Positions 1 to 13,591 of a DNA stretch of 64,000 nucleotides are shown here, in pieces (positions within the stretch are counted from its first letter, which is position 1; every line of letters starts with the position of its first letter). Source of the DNA: Eledone cirrhosa (taxonomy: Eukaryota); assembly GCA_964016885.1 (NCBI GenBank), contig OZ024740.1, forward strand, positions 39,742,001-39,806,000, in the 5' to 3' direction. The position numbers and the translations under genes were made by a program. Under the pieces are notes generated by a model. That model made no database searches, was not told the origin of the DNA, and saw only the letters and a program-made list of their open reading frames with translations.

Positions 1-2694
1 TTCCACCACACAGCCATACCTGGTATCACTTTCACCACACAGCCATACCTGATATCACTTTCACCACACAGCCATACCTGATATCACTTTCACCACAGAG
101 CCATACCTGCTAATATATATCACTTCCATCACACAGCCATACCTGGTATCACTTCCATCACACAGCCAGACCTGGTATCACTTCCATCACACAGCCATAC
201 CTGGTATTACTTCCACCACACAGCCATACCTGGTATCACTTCCATCACACAGCCATACCTGGTATCACTTCCATCACACAGCCATACCTTGTATCACTTC
301 CACCACACAGCCATACCTGGTATCACTTCCATCACACAGCCATACCTGGTATCACTTCCACCACACAGCCATACCTGGTATCACTTCCACCACACAGCCA
401 TAACTGGTATCACTTCCACCACACAGCCATCCCTGGTATCACTTCCACCACACAGCCATACCTGGTATCACTTCCACCACACAGCCATACCTGGTATCAC
501 TTCCACCACACAGCCATACCTGATATCACTTTCAACACAGCCATACCTGGTATCACTTCCACCACACAGCCATACCTGGTATCACTTTAATCACACAGCC
601 ATACCTGGTATCAGTTCCATCACACAGCCATACCTGGTATCACTTCCACCACAGCCATACCTGATATCACTTCCACCACACAGCCATACCTGGTATCACT
701 GCCATCACACAGCCATACCTGGTATCACTGCCATCACACAGCCATACCTGGTATCACTTCCACCACACAGCCATAACTGATATCACTTCCACCACACAGC
801 CATACCTGGTATCACTTTCACTACACAGCCATACCTGATATCACTTTCACTACACAGCCATACCTGATATCACTTTCACCACACAGCCATACCTGATATC
901 ACTTTCACCACACAGCCATACCTGATAATATACATCACTTCCATCACACAGCCATACCTGGTATCACTTCCATCACACAGCGATACCTGGTATCACTTCC
1001 ACCACACAGCCATACCTGATATCACTTTCATCACACAGCCATACCTGGTATCACTTTCATCACACAGCCATACCTGGTATCACTTCCACCACACAGCCAT
1101 ACCTGATATCACTTCCACCACACAGCCATACCTGATATCACTTCCACCACACAGCCATACCTGGTATCACTTCCACCACACAGCCATACCTGGTATCACT
1201 TCCACCACACAGCCATACCTGGTATCACTTCCATCACACAGCCATACCTGGTATCACTTTCATCACACAGCCATACCTGGTATCACTTTCATCACACAGC
1301 CATACCTGATATCACTTTCACCACACAGCCATACCTGATATCACTTTCACCACACAGCCATACCTGATAATATGCATCACTTCCATCACACAGCCATACC
1401 TGATATCACTTCCACCACACAGCCATACCTGGTATCACTTCCACCACACAGCCATACCTGGTATCACTTCCACCACACAGCCATACCTGGTATCACTTTC
1501 ATCACACAGCCATACCTGGTATCACTTTCATCACACAGCCATACCTGGTATCACTTCCATCACACAGCCATACCTGGTATCACTTTCATCACACAGCCAT
1601 ACCTGGTATCACTTTCATCACACAGCCATACCTGATATCACTTTCACCACACAGCCATACCTGATATCACTTCCACCACACAGCCGTACCTGGTATCACT
1701 TTCATCACAGCCATACCTGATATCACTTCCACCACACAGCCATACCTGGTATCACTTTCATCACACAGCCATACCTGGTATCACTTCCTCCACACAGCCA
1801 TCCCTGGTATCACTTCCACCACACAGCCATACCTGGTATCACTTCCACCACACAGCCATACCTGGTATCACCTCCACCACACAGGCATACCTGGTATCAC
1901 TTTCATCACACAGCCATACCTGGTATCACTTTCATCACACAGCCATACCTGGTATCACTTCCACCACACAGCCATACCTGGTATCACTTCCACCACACAG
2001 CCATACCTGGTATCACTTCCACCACACAGCCATACCTGGTATCACTTCCACCACACAGCCATACCTGGTATCACTTTCATCACACAGCCATAACTGGTAT
2101 CACTTTCACCACACAGCCATACCTGGTATCACTTTCACCACACAGCCATACCTGGTATCACTTCCACCACACAACCATACCTGGTATCACTTCCATCACA
2201 GCCATACCTGATATCACTTTCACCACACAGCCATACCTGATATCACTTTCACCACACAGCCATACCTGGTATCACTTTCACCACACAGCCATACCTGATA
2301 TCACTTTCACCACACAGCCATACCTGGTATCACTTCCACCACACAGCCATACCTGGTATCACTTCCACCACACAGCCATACCTGGTATCACTTCCACCAC
2401 ACAGCCATACCTGGTATCACTTCCACCACACAGTCATACCTGGTATCACTTCCACCACACAGCCATACCTGGTATCACACCCATACCTGGTATCACTTTC
2501 TTCACACAGCCATACTTGGTATCACTTCCACCACACAGCCATACCTGGTATCACTTTCACCACACAGCCATACCTGGTATCACTTCCACCACACAGCCAT
2601 ACCTGGTATCACTTCCACCACACAGCCATACCTGGTATCACTTCCACCACACAGCCATACCTGGTATCACTTCCACCACACAGCCATACCTGAT
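1..2694. repeat. 29-bp minisatellite (ACCTGGTATCACTTCCACCACACAGCCAT)n, runs off the left edge
   Basis: Direct reading; about 90 units with G/A and C/T variants. Accounts for the His/Thr-rich ORFs at 289, 1372 and 2516. Confidence 0.97.
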
Positions 2695-2896
2695 AATGTA
2701 CATTACTCAATTCATCCTATGGAAATATCTAAGATACAGCCTCACTTCATTATTCAATGATTGTTATTAAAATACTTCAAACATTATCTGAATTTTCAGA
2801 AAAAATTCACCTCATGGGAAAAAAAAAAAAGAGGTAGACATTATTTTTAAAATTTGAAAGGAAATCTATAAACCCTTAATTTTTTTATTGATGTAA

Positions 2897-3095
2897 AATT
2901 AAGGGTTACCATAGCACAAAATATCTAAAAATGAATTTGTTAATTCAATTGTTTATAATAATGTATAATTAAGTGTTACCATAGCACAAAATATCTAAAA
3001 ATGAATTTGTTAATTCAATTGTTTATAATAATGTATAATTAAGTGTTACCGTAGCAGAAAATATCTAAAAATGAATTTATTAATTCAAATGTTTA
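2897..3095. repeat. About 70-bp AT-rich unit, about 2.8 copies
   Basis: aattaag(g/t)gttaccatagcacaaaatatctaaaaatgaatt recurs at about 2897, 2967 and 3037. Confidence 0.85.
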
Positions 3096-4049
3096 TAGTT
3101 TCTTTATTAATAAACAGATAGTTGTAAAACTCTGTAGTTATTTAAATGAAAGACTTAGAATTATTTAATGTGATGCTGTCATAGTGTTATGTACTTGCTA
3201 ATGCAGTTTGCTGTGGTACAGGACATTAATTGTTACTAAAGATACACATTTAAGTCCACTGAGGAAAAAATAATGATTTCTTCCATTGACACAAAACCAC
3301 AAATTGTAAATTAGATATCTGTTTTGTTAACTAAACTGATTGCATAACTTGATTAGTAATTATCTTCTCTGTTACAGATGGAGGAAAACCAATGTCGACC
3401 TCAGCAGGATTTGAACTCAAAACTAAACACAAAGTAAGCTATTTTGTCCAGTATTTTACCATATCTGCCATCAACAAACTTATAAACTAGACTGACTCTT
3501 AAACACAAATTTTAAGATTTTTCGTAGAGAAGTGTAGTAAATATAATTTACTCCACAACACCACTGGTACTCATTTTGTGAAGCCCAGAAAAAATATACA
3601 AACTAAAATAATTTCTGGTGAGAATTCCCATATCAGAGTTACTTTAATACTTTGTAATTTAAAAAGCTGCCTGAAACCATGCTGGATTTATTATACAAAA
3701 CTGCTCATTACAAAATGTTTATGCCTATACTAAATTCTTCCATTATAATTTTATTTTAGAAATGTTTAAAATAAGTCTCTAAGTACCAGCTTACTAATGA
3801 AAAACTTAGTTATTTTATTAAGTTACTTCAAATTATTATTTTCAGATTTAATTGACAGGCAGTGTCTTTTATTGGAAATATAGTACAGAAAGAGTTAACT
3901 TTATTTAGATATTCAGAGGTATATTTCTAAATAGCTCTTGAAACATGTAGGGCAGTTTAGTTTTCCATTTCTAACCATTTAACCATTAGAGATCATCATC
4001 AATTTACATTTGCTTTCCATATCAGCATCAAATCTAAGCAATTAATGTT

Positions 4050-5450
4050 ACTAGATAAAGTGACCTAATTTGAAAGTATCAATCTTGGTAGATAGCGTGT
4101 ACAAATTTGAAAGTATCAGTCTAGCTTGACACAGTGACCAAGTTTAGAGTAACAATCTCGGTACATACAGTGACCCAGTTTGAGAGTTCCAATCCTGCTA
4201 GAGTGACTCAGTATGAAACTATCAATCTTATTAGAGTAACTCAGTTTGAAAGTATCACGGTGATGATGATGATGAATCTTGCATATCAATCTTGCTAGAC
4301 AGGGTGACCTACTTTGAAAGTATCAATCTTATAGTGATCGACTGACCTAGTTTGAGAGTATCCTATCCTGCTAGAAAGAGGGACCCAGTTTGAGAGTACC
4401 AATCTTGCTAGACAGACTAACCCAGTTTCAGTGTACCAATCTTGATAGAGTGACCCAGTTTTAGAGTACCACTCTTGCTCAAGTATCAATCTTGCTAGAC
4501 AGAGTGACCCAGTTTTAGAGTACCACTCTTGCTCAAGTATCAATCTTGCTAGACAGAGTGACCCAGTTTTAGAGTACCACTCTTGCTCAAGTATCAATCT
4601 TGCTAGACAGAGTGACCCAGTTTTAGAGTACCACTCTTGCTCAAGTATCAATCTTGCTAGACAGAGTGACCCAGTTTTAGAGTACCACTCTTGCTCAAGT
4701 ATCAATCTTGCTAGACAGAGTGACCCAGTTTCAGAGTACCACTCTTGCTCAAGTATCAATCTTGCTAGACAGAGTGACCCAGTTTTAGAGTACCACTCTT
4801 GCTCAAGTATCAATCTTGCTAGACAGAGTGACCCAGTTTCAGAGTACCACTCTTGCTCAAGTATCAATCTTGCTAGACAGAGTGACCCAGTTTCAGAGTA
4901 CCACTCTTGCTCAAGTATCAATCTTGCTAGACAGAGTGACCCAGTTTTAGAGTACCACTCTTGCTCAAGTATCAATCTTGCTAGACAGTGACCCAGTTTG
5001 AGAGTATCGGTCTTGCTAGACAGAGTGACCCAATTTGAGGATGTCAATCTTGCTAGAATGATAGAGTGACCCAATTTGAGAGTATCAAGCTTGATAGATA
5101 GAGAGACCCAGTTTGAAGGTATCAGTCTTGCTAGACAGAGTGACCAAGTTTGAAGGTATCAGTCTTGCTAGACAAAGTGACCCAGTTTGAAGGTATCAGT
5201 CTTGCTAGACAGAGTGACCCAGTTTAAAGGTATCAGTCTTGCTAGACAGAGTGACCAAGTTTGAAGGTATCAGCCTTGCTAGACAGAGTGACCCAGTTTG
5301 AAGGTATCAGTCTTGCTAGACAGAGTGACCAAGTTTGAAGGTATCAGTCTTGCTAGACAGAGTGACCCAGTTTGAAGGTATCAGTCTTGCTAGACAGAGT
5401 GACCAAGTTTGAAGGTATCAGTCTTGTTAGGCAGAGTGACCCAGCTCGTG
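4050..5450. repeat. Compound minisatellite: 37-bp unit with a derived 54-bp unit block (about 4440-4990)
   Basis: The 37-bp unit is TCTTGCTAGACAGAGTGACCCAGTTTGAAGGTATCAG. The 54-bp unit gives the 18-aa period in ORF 4295..5074. Confidence 0.93.
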
Positions 5451-5579
5451 TTAGATAAAGTGAAAGAATGTTGTCAGGGATATGTTGCATAACTGACTTT
5501 TTCATTCCTTGCCAGTGTGGACAAAGACAAAGTGATGGTCATATTGAGAGCAAGTGAATTGTGAAACAATCATTAGACA

Positions 5580-7392
5580 TTGTAGTGAGTAACAGGAGTA
5601 TAGAGATGTGCAGTGTTGTGGTGTAAGTTGTGAGTCATTGTAGAGTGTAACAGTAGTAGAGTAGAGAGAGATGCAGTGTTGTGGTGTAAGTTGTGAGTCA
5701 TTGTAGAGAACAACAGTAGTAGAGTAGAGAGATGCAGTGTTGTGGTGTAAGTTGTGAGTCATTGTAGAGAACAACAGTAGTAGAGTAGAGAGAGATGCAG
5801 TGTTGTGGTGTAAGTTCTGAGTCATTGTAGAGAGTAACAGTAGTAGAGTAGAGAGATGCAGTGTTGTGGTATAAGTTGTGAGTCATTGTAGAGAACAACA
5901 GTAGTAGAGTAGAGAGATGTACAGTGTTGTGGTGTAAGTTGTGAGTCATTGTAGAGAACAACAGTAGTAGAGTAGAGAGATGTACAGTGTTGTGGTGTAA
6001 GTTGTGAGTCATTGTAGAGAACAACAGTAGTAGAGTAGAGAGAGATGCAGTGTTGTGGTGTAAGTTGTGAGTCATTGTAGAGTGTAACAGTAATAGAGTA
6101 GAGAGAGATGCAGTGTTGTGGTGTAAGTTGTGAGTCATTGTAGAGAGTAACAGTAGTAGAGTAGAGAGATGTGCAGTGTTGTGGTGTAAGTTGTGAGTCA
6201 TTGTAGAGAGTAACAGGAGTAGAGTAGAGAGAGATGCAGTGTTGTGGTGTAAGTTCTGAGTCATTGTAGAGAGTAACAGTAGTAGAGTAGAGAGAGATGC
6301 AGTGTTGTGGTGTAAGTTGTGAGTCATTGTAGAGAACAACAGTAGTAGAGAGATGTGCAGTGTTGTGGTGTAAGTTGTGAGTCATTGTAGAGTGTAACAG
6401 TAGTAGAGTAGAGAGATGTGCAGTGTTGTGGTTTAAGTTGTGAGTCATTGTAGAGAACAACAGTAGTAGAGTAGAGAGATGTGCAGTGTTGTGGTGTAAG
6501 TTGTGAGTCATTGTAGAGAACAACAGTAGTAGAGTAGAGAGATGTGCAGTGTTGTGGTGTAAGTTGTGAGTCATTGTAGAGAGATGTGCAGTGTTGTGGT
6601 GTAAGTTGTGAGTCATTGTAGAGAACAGTAGTAGAGTAGAGAGATGTGCAGTGTTGTGTAAGTTGTGAGTCATTGTAGAGAACAACAGTAGTAGAGTAGA
6701 GAGAGATGCAGTGTTGTGGTGTAAGTTGTGAGTCATTGTAGAGAACAACAGTAGTAGAGTAGAGAGATGCAGTGTTGTGGTGTAAGTTGTGAGTCATTGT
6801 AGAGAGTAACAGGAGTAGAGTAGAGAGAGATGCAGTGTTGTGGTGTAAGTTGTGAGTCATTGTAGAGAGTAACAGGAGTAGAGTAGAGAGAGATGCAGTG
6901 TTGTGGTGTAAGTTGTGAGTCATTGTAGAGAACAACAGTAGTAGAGTAGAGAGATGTGCAGTGTTGTAAGTTGTGAGTCATTGTAGAGAACAACAGTAGT
7001 AAAGTAGAGAGAGATGCAGTGTTGTGGTATAAGTTGTGAGTCATTGTAGAGTGTAACAGTAATAGAGTAGAGAGATGCAGTGTTGTGGTGTAAGTTGTGA
7101 GTCATTGTAGAGAGTAACAGTAGTAGAGTAGAGAGAGATGCAGTGTTGTGGTGTAAGTTGTGAGTCATTGTAGAGAGTAACAGTAGTAGAGTAGAGAGAG
7201 ATGCAGTGTTGTGGTGTAAGTTGTGAGTCATTGTAGAGAGTAACAGTAGTAGAGTAGAGAGAGATGCAGTGTTGTGGTGTAAGTTGTGAGTCATTGTAGA
7301 GAACAACAGGAGTAGAGTAGAGAGAGATGCAGTGTTGTGGTGTAAGTTGTGAGTCATTGTAGAGAGTAACAGGAGTAGAGTAGAGAGAGATG
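5580..7392. repeat. About 61-63-bp minisatellite with a variable (AG)n tract
   Basis: GATGCAGTGTTGTGGTGTAAGTTGTGAGTCATTGTAGAGAACAACAGTAGTAGAGTAGAGA repeated about 29 times. Confidence 0.95.
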
Positions 7393-7544
7393 TTATGAGT
7401 AACTGATGGAGTGTAACTATGGTTAATAAAGAAAGACTAGGAAGAACGTAAATTAGATCTGGAAACAATATATGATACAATGCATGTAATGATATCATAT
7501 TTCAGAACACATCGTAATCCTTCAAATAAATGGATTGACAGAAT

Positions 7545-7745
7545 CAATAAAGCGTCAGACATGCCTTGTAGCATATAGTTATGTCCCTTTACATTCTGAG
7601 TTCAAATCCCGCTGAGGTTAGCTTTGCCTTTCATCCTTACAGGGTCAATAAAATAAAATACCAGTAACACACGGGGGTCGATTTAATTAACTCTACCCTC
7701 TCTCAAAATTGTTGGCCTTGTGCCTAAATCGGAAACCATTATTAT
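7545..7745 (+). mobile_element. tRNA-derived SINE copy
   Basis: B-box-like GAGTTCAAATCCC and body CTTTGCCTTTCATCCTTAC-GGGTC-ATAAAATAAA-TACCAGT shared with copies at 23130, 42583 and 48230. Confidence 0.8.
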
Positions 7746-7789
7746 AGATGTCTTGAAAATATCAAAACAAATTGTAGCTTTTGCCCCAT

Positions 7790-8690
7790 CCCTAGACATT
7801 TTGAAGTATATTTTATATTATTTTCAGTAAAGTTGAGAGACTGATGGTCGTGAACACAAAGTCCCTTCCATGGGGAGGAGTGTACCACCCAACATACCTA
7901 AGTAAGCAGCAACTTTAGAATCAGAGCTAAACATACCCAGAGCTAGAAAACAAACTGGAGAAGGACATGGAAGCTGAGGGAACCCTCAACTAGTGACAAA
8001 TTCAAGGCTATCCTGCTTGATGCTTGTGACAGTATGGAAATGAAACTAGAAATCTGCAGTGTAGAAGAGTGGAGGTTCCTGCATGATAACCTGCTGAAGG
8101 CTACAGACAAGACCTGGAGCTGGTGCAAGGCCCCAGGAAGACAAAGGGTGGTGGAATGAGGTGATAAAAACTAAAAAACAGGCATGGAAAGACTGGCAAA
8201 ATGAAGCAGCAGGGAACTATATCAAGATGCTAGAAGAGAAGCCAGGCGACAGGTATACTTAACTAGGAGAGACAGAGAAATAAGTTTGGGCATGTTCTGC
8301 ACTGTGCGAACCAAAGGCGTAATGTGATCAGGATTGCAAGGCAAAGTGTAAGGGAAAATCAAGATGTCGCTGAGGAGAAATGTATCCAAACTGACAATGG
8401 CGGACTTGACTTCAATGATGTAGAGAAGAAAGAGCATGGAAGTGTGATTATGAGAGACTTTTAAATGAGAATGCACAGGAGGAAGATAGTCTGCTTTCAG
8501 TAGATCAAACTGAGGGACCAGCCAATCAAGTTAGCACTAGCATGGTAAGACAATTAAGGATGTGAAGACAAGCAAAGAAGCAGGACAATCAGGGGTAATT
8601 GCTGAAATTGGTGAGACACATACTAACTGTACATGTAGTAAATCAAGTAAAGTAATACTGGATAACATCATACTAAATAACTGGCATGGT
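7790..8690 (+). mobile_element. Decayed RTE-clade LINE fragment (end of endonuclease to start of RT)
   Basis: Homologous by eye to 18270-18800 and 25750-26650 (shared gccaggcgacaggtatactt / attgcaaggcaaagtgt..gaaaat..gatgt segments); many stops. Confidence 0.8.
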
Positions 8691-9194
8691 ATGTATATAT
8701 GTATGTATATATGTGTGTGTGTATATGCATGTGTATGTATGTATTCATGTATGCATATATACATGTCTGTATGTAAATGTGTGCATGTATGTGTGTGTAT
8801 GTATATGTTTGTATGTATGTGTGTGTATATATGCATGTGTGTATGTGTTTATGTATGACTATAAGGGCTGAAACACTCGCTTGGGGTGGGTTTTTTCTCT
8901 GAAGACCTCCAGCTCTCTTGAAATGTTCTTACAACTGTATCTTTGTATGTATGTATATAAATATCTATGTATGTGTCTATGTGTTTATGTATGTAGTGGA
9001 CAACTGTAACAACACAAATTAGTTAATAAAAGGCTGTCACACCCTACACATCCACCACCCATGTTCGTCCACTGCCATTCCGACATGCAAAACGTGTGCT
9101 GCCTCATAGTCCCAGGAAATAGAATGGAGAAAGCATTACCAAAGAGGATAATGAGGGAAATGAACTGAAAGAGTCATGCCAACTAGTAGGTGGC

Positions 9195-9590
9195 CAACTC
9201 TATCTTGATAGCTAGTAGTAGGGTAGTTCAGGGACCCAGAACTTTCCATCACTGTAAGTAACCAACTCTGTCCTGATAGCTAGTAGTGGGATAGTTCAGG
9301 GACCCAGAACTTTCCATCACTGTAAGTAACCAACTCTGTCCTGATAGCTAGTAGTGGGATAGTTCAGGGACCTAGAACTTTCCATCACTGTAAGTAACCA
9401 ACCCTGTCCTGATAGCTAGTAGTGGGATAGTTCAGGGACCCAGAACTTTCCATCACTGTAAGTAACCAACTCTGTCCTGATAGCTAGTAGTGGGGTAGTT
9501 CAGGGACCCAGAACTTTCCATCACTATAAGTAACCAACTCTGTCCTGATAGCTAGTAGTGGGGTAGTTCAGAGACCCAGAACTTTCCATC
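9195..9590. repeat. 68-bp minisatellite, about 6 copies
   Basis: ACTTTCCATC recurs at 9241, 9309 and 9377 (period 68). Confidence 0.93.
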
Positions 9591-11199
9591 GATGTAGGTT
9601 CAACAATGAATCTCTTTTTAACATCCTGGGATTCTCTTATTGATAAAATTTCAATTATTAAATTTTTTCAATATATTTCATATCACTATCAAACTTCTCT
9701 TTCTATCACTGTAAGTTCAACAATAAACCTATGAGAAAGCACCACATACTTCAACAGTTTGTTATTTTAAACTTGTTGGGCAACTGTGTAAAGTTGTCAC
9801 TTAAGAGAACATCTTTCAATATTTTCCATACTTTGCCTAAATTTTATGACAGAGCCAAAGCAGCAAATTGACAGTCGTTAGAACATTGGATAGAATGCTT
9901 TGCAGTATTCATTCCTGATCCGAGTTCAAACCTGGAGAGGAGATAGACTCCGCAAACTTTAAAAATTGCCCAAGAAACACAGTATGACACTACAGTGCTC
10001 ATATAACTCCAAGATCACAGGTTCATTTATCTATCCATAACAGAGCCAAATAACTTAATGGATCATATGAAACAAATACTTGAAAAATCAGTCCATCAGT
10101 AGTAAAATACATCATTGTCTAAAGATATAAATGAAAACACTTTTTAAATTGCATCACTCCCTTTCATCCATCTTTCCCAGGAAAATATCTATGTATTTTG
10201 TCAATAACTACCGACACTAAAGTACTTATATATCTTCATAACATTCACAATATCATTTCTCAACTATTTTCCTCGACTCAAATTTCCATAATTCCAACTA
10301 AACTAAAAACAATGTTGATGAAATGCCAAGGTGTTGTGTGAAGTAAGTCTCACTTGACAGTTACGAAGTTTCACTAAGTTGGAGGGATGTATCACAAGGG
10401 AAATGTACCACAGAAAGGGATGTACCAGTGTTTTACACTAGCTTTCAACTCCCGGTACATATATCAGTTGACAACGGTTTTCGCAAAATCAGTAATACCA
10501 CTTATACTATATTTAGCATTGAGGCATTCTTTTATTAAGAAAATTTTAATTATTAGATCTCCTCAATATATTTCATATTATTATCAAACTTCTCATCCAA
10601 ACAAATTACTTTCAATTACGATGGATTTTCCCCTTGATTAATGCGAAAAGTAAAACTTACAAAGTAAACATTAAACTTTTAACGATTGCGTGCAAAATAT
10701 AGTAAAATAGCTCTAAGATATTTTAAACATCAGTGATAAAATCTAAGCTGAAAGAAACCAAGTAATTTATTTAAAAGAACGGCCAATATAGTGTGCATTA
10801 CATTACGCTGATCTTACAAAAATACATCCTGTTCTATTTGCAGCATTATTCGATACACTTTACAAACTTCAAAATTAGTTAATGTAAAAATATAAAATTA
10901 TTTTTTCATAAAAATATCTGGGTTTTCTTTTTTAATTTATTAAACTATTTTAAAAAAATTAAATGACCAAAATTAGATAGATTATTTTTCTTGGTTTGAA
11001 ATAGGTTAAATACCATAAAGTAACAGAATAAAATACTATGTCAACTTTTCCTCCAGTTAACACCTTATAATTAGTCAAAATAGTTACATAGAGACTGTTG
11101 AATTATAGAATAATTAGCAGAAAACGGTTAGCTATGATATCCAACATATTTACAGGTTAACACGATTACATTTATAAACGTCTAAATACTAATAATACT

Positions 11200-12200
11200 A
11201 AAGAAAGTTGAAATTAAAGATAAAAATAGGCGCCGCCGCCGACTAGTAAATAAAATGTTTTGTAAAAGGAAAACGATCGGAATTTATTAGCGAGAGGAGG
11301 AGGCGAATGAAATGAAGGAGACGATTTAAGAGTTACTTCCCTTGTTCAATTATGGCAATCAGCAGCAGCATTTTATTTTTATTGTTGTTTTAATAATAAT
11401 AGTAATAATAATAACGATGATAATAATAATAAATAAATGACTTACCATACTTGCCCGTAAGCACCGTATGCAACAGGAGCGAGCTTCTGATATCGCTCTG
11501 GAAGTCTCCAGGTTGTTCGGTTTAACTCAACTTGGTAAAAAGACTCGCTTAGCTGTGCAACAGCCATCTCCTTCGCAGTTTAAACTATTCACGGCTGTCG
11601 TTATTGACAGACTCTGCCAACATATGCAATAAAAATACAATATAAAATTGCACCGACATACAAATACAGCGCTATTATAATATGTCATTTATCTCTTTAC
11701 AATTCTATAGTTATTAATTAACTGTGTCACTTTTTGTTGTTAGACTGTTTTTTTTTTTGTTTTTTTTTGCGTAGCTGGTTGCTGGCAAAATAACAAGTAG
11801 TTGCTAATTAATTTAACAATTTAACTAGTATAGGTTTATAAGCACATGCATATTAAAGCAAAGGCTAATTGTTTTTAAATAGTTTAAATAGCAAGAAAAG
11901 TGCCTGTAAAAAAATAAGTTTCTGCTTTAGACACTAAAACTACGTATATCACATCGATATTGTTTTGAGGTGAATAAAAAATATTAAATAAATTACATAA
12001 GTAAAATCGAGAGAAGAAAGTAGATGAAAATAAGGTAATACGAACATTCCAGAGGCGTTGAACAAGAGAACGACAACACCTAGCTTCTTGCTCTATTTTA
12101 ATGGATGCCGGAAATTACCTCGTTTTCACTACAGGAAGCCTTCCTCTCCTTCTCCACCAGTCACTAACACTTACTTACCGCCTCGTAAACATCTTCTCTA
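11200..12200. promoter_or_regulatory. Probable promoter / 5' region of p38
   Basis: Unique sequence with locally more CpG around the first coding exon; ETS-like CCGGAA at about 12108. TSS not determinable. Confidence 0.4.
11446..11567 (-). CDS. p38/MAPK14: p38 MAP kinase (MAPK14-like), first coding exon: [40 protein letters not shown](C)
   Basis: Good ATG context (GAGATGG). Translation matches the p38 N-terminus (FY.xELN.T.W..PERYQ.L.P..GAYG.VC). Ends TG|gtaagt, a phase-2 donor inside the Cys codon, the same position as vertebrate MAPK14 intron 1. No exon 2 found in 1-11445. Confidence 0.93.
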
Positions 12201-12214
12201 ATCACAATGTAAAC

Positions 12215-12750
12215 ACACCATTAGATACACTTTTTCTCCAAGCATTGTAACATAGTAGCGATACACGTCTCCTCCAGTTAATGTATCAAACCGTCTCATC
12301 CCATTCTCCTCCTGTCACTGTAACATACCATCTAATACACTTCTTCAGTCACTGTAACATACTATTGATACACTTCTCCCGTCACTGTAACATACCATCT
12401 GATACACGGCTCCTTTACTCACTGTAACACACACACCTTCTGATTCACTTCTTCAGTCACTGTAACATACCACCTAATACACTTCTTCAGTCACTGTAAC
12501 TTACCCCCTTATACACTTCTTCAGTCACATACCACCTGAAACACTGCTCCTCCAGTCACTGTAACATACCATGTGATACACTTCTTCTCTAGTCATGTAA
12601 CATATCACCTGATACACTTCTCCAGTCATGTAACATATCACCTGATACACTTCTCCAGTCATGTAACATAGCACCTGATACACTTCTCCAGTCACTGTAA
12701 CCTACCACCTGATGCACTTTCCAGTCACACACTGTGACATATCACCTGTA
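12215..12750. repeat. Diverged about 33-bp minisatellite (CCAGTCACTGTAACATACCACCTGATACACTTCT)
   Basis: Direct reading, about 15 degenerate copies. Confidence 0.85.
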
Positions 12751-13272
12751 CAGTTCAGTTTTAACCATAATTACAATTTCACTTGTCACCTATTATAAAT
12801 TCTTCTCTATATAATTAATATGTTCCTGGAAAGCTATGACAATCTCTTTATTATTAAAGTCGTAAATAACAGCTAAAAGTAATTTTATATTTTTATTCGT
12901 ATATTTACGGAAACAATTTAGTTTCAAACGAAGTGTTTGCTTTTCTTCTAATATATTTATATGAATACCAATAAGATTTTATGTGGTGGTAGTGTTCGTT
13001 TTAAATCACTTTTAACTACAAACAACTAGGGTGCGTGAAAGTTAAAGAAATGCATCTAAATAACTTCATAAACGAATTGAATTTTTAGAAATAACATTCA
13101 TTGGTGAAGAAATGATTTTAAATATTTGATGAACAAAAATAAATCTCGGGGAAAATGTCCCATATTATTTAAATACTATAAATAATAATTCAAATTTATT
13201 TTATCAACTCTGGAAGGATGAAATGTAATGTTGAACTCAGAACATAAAAAGTCGTAACTAAATACTGTAAAG

Positions 13273-13591
13273 CAAGGCGTACAACAGGCGGCCGCGGGTC
13301 ACCGTCCGGCCCGCCAGACCAGTCAGAGTGGCCTGCGATGACCGTTTTTAATTTTTACCTTGTAGGGTTATTTAGAATTTGTTTTCGTAACCGTAATACA
13401 ATTTTCTGTTAGTTGACCTATACTAAAGGGCTTCACTGATAGGGTTATGTGTGTTATAATTTTCCAGTTCCATGTTATGGAAAAAAAGTTGTGGTGAATC
13501 TTTGGAATAGTGCTTAATAAATATTAATGGCCCTAATAGTTGTTCCAATGCTCAAAAGTGACCCGCCAATGGAATATGTTGCACACCCCTG
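13273..13591. mobile_element. hAT-type MITE inserted in a minus-strand SINE
   Basis: Ends CAAGGCGTACAAC / GTTGCACACCCCTG; degenerate 8-bp TSD CTGTAAAG / CTGCAGAG; SINE sequence continues on both sides (13195-13272, 13600-13632). Confidence 0.7.

Noticed and set aside
289-7498. His/Thr-rich and LARLILEQEW ORFs
   Set aside because: Translations of minisatellites; the same peptides rotate through frames.
2700-11445. p38 exon 2 (expected VAIKKL.RPFQ...HAKR.YRE)
   Set aside because: Not found by eye on the minus strand; probably left of the window, though a diverged exon could have been missed.
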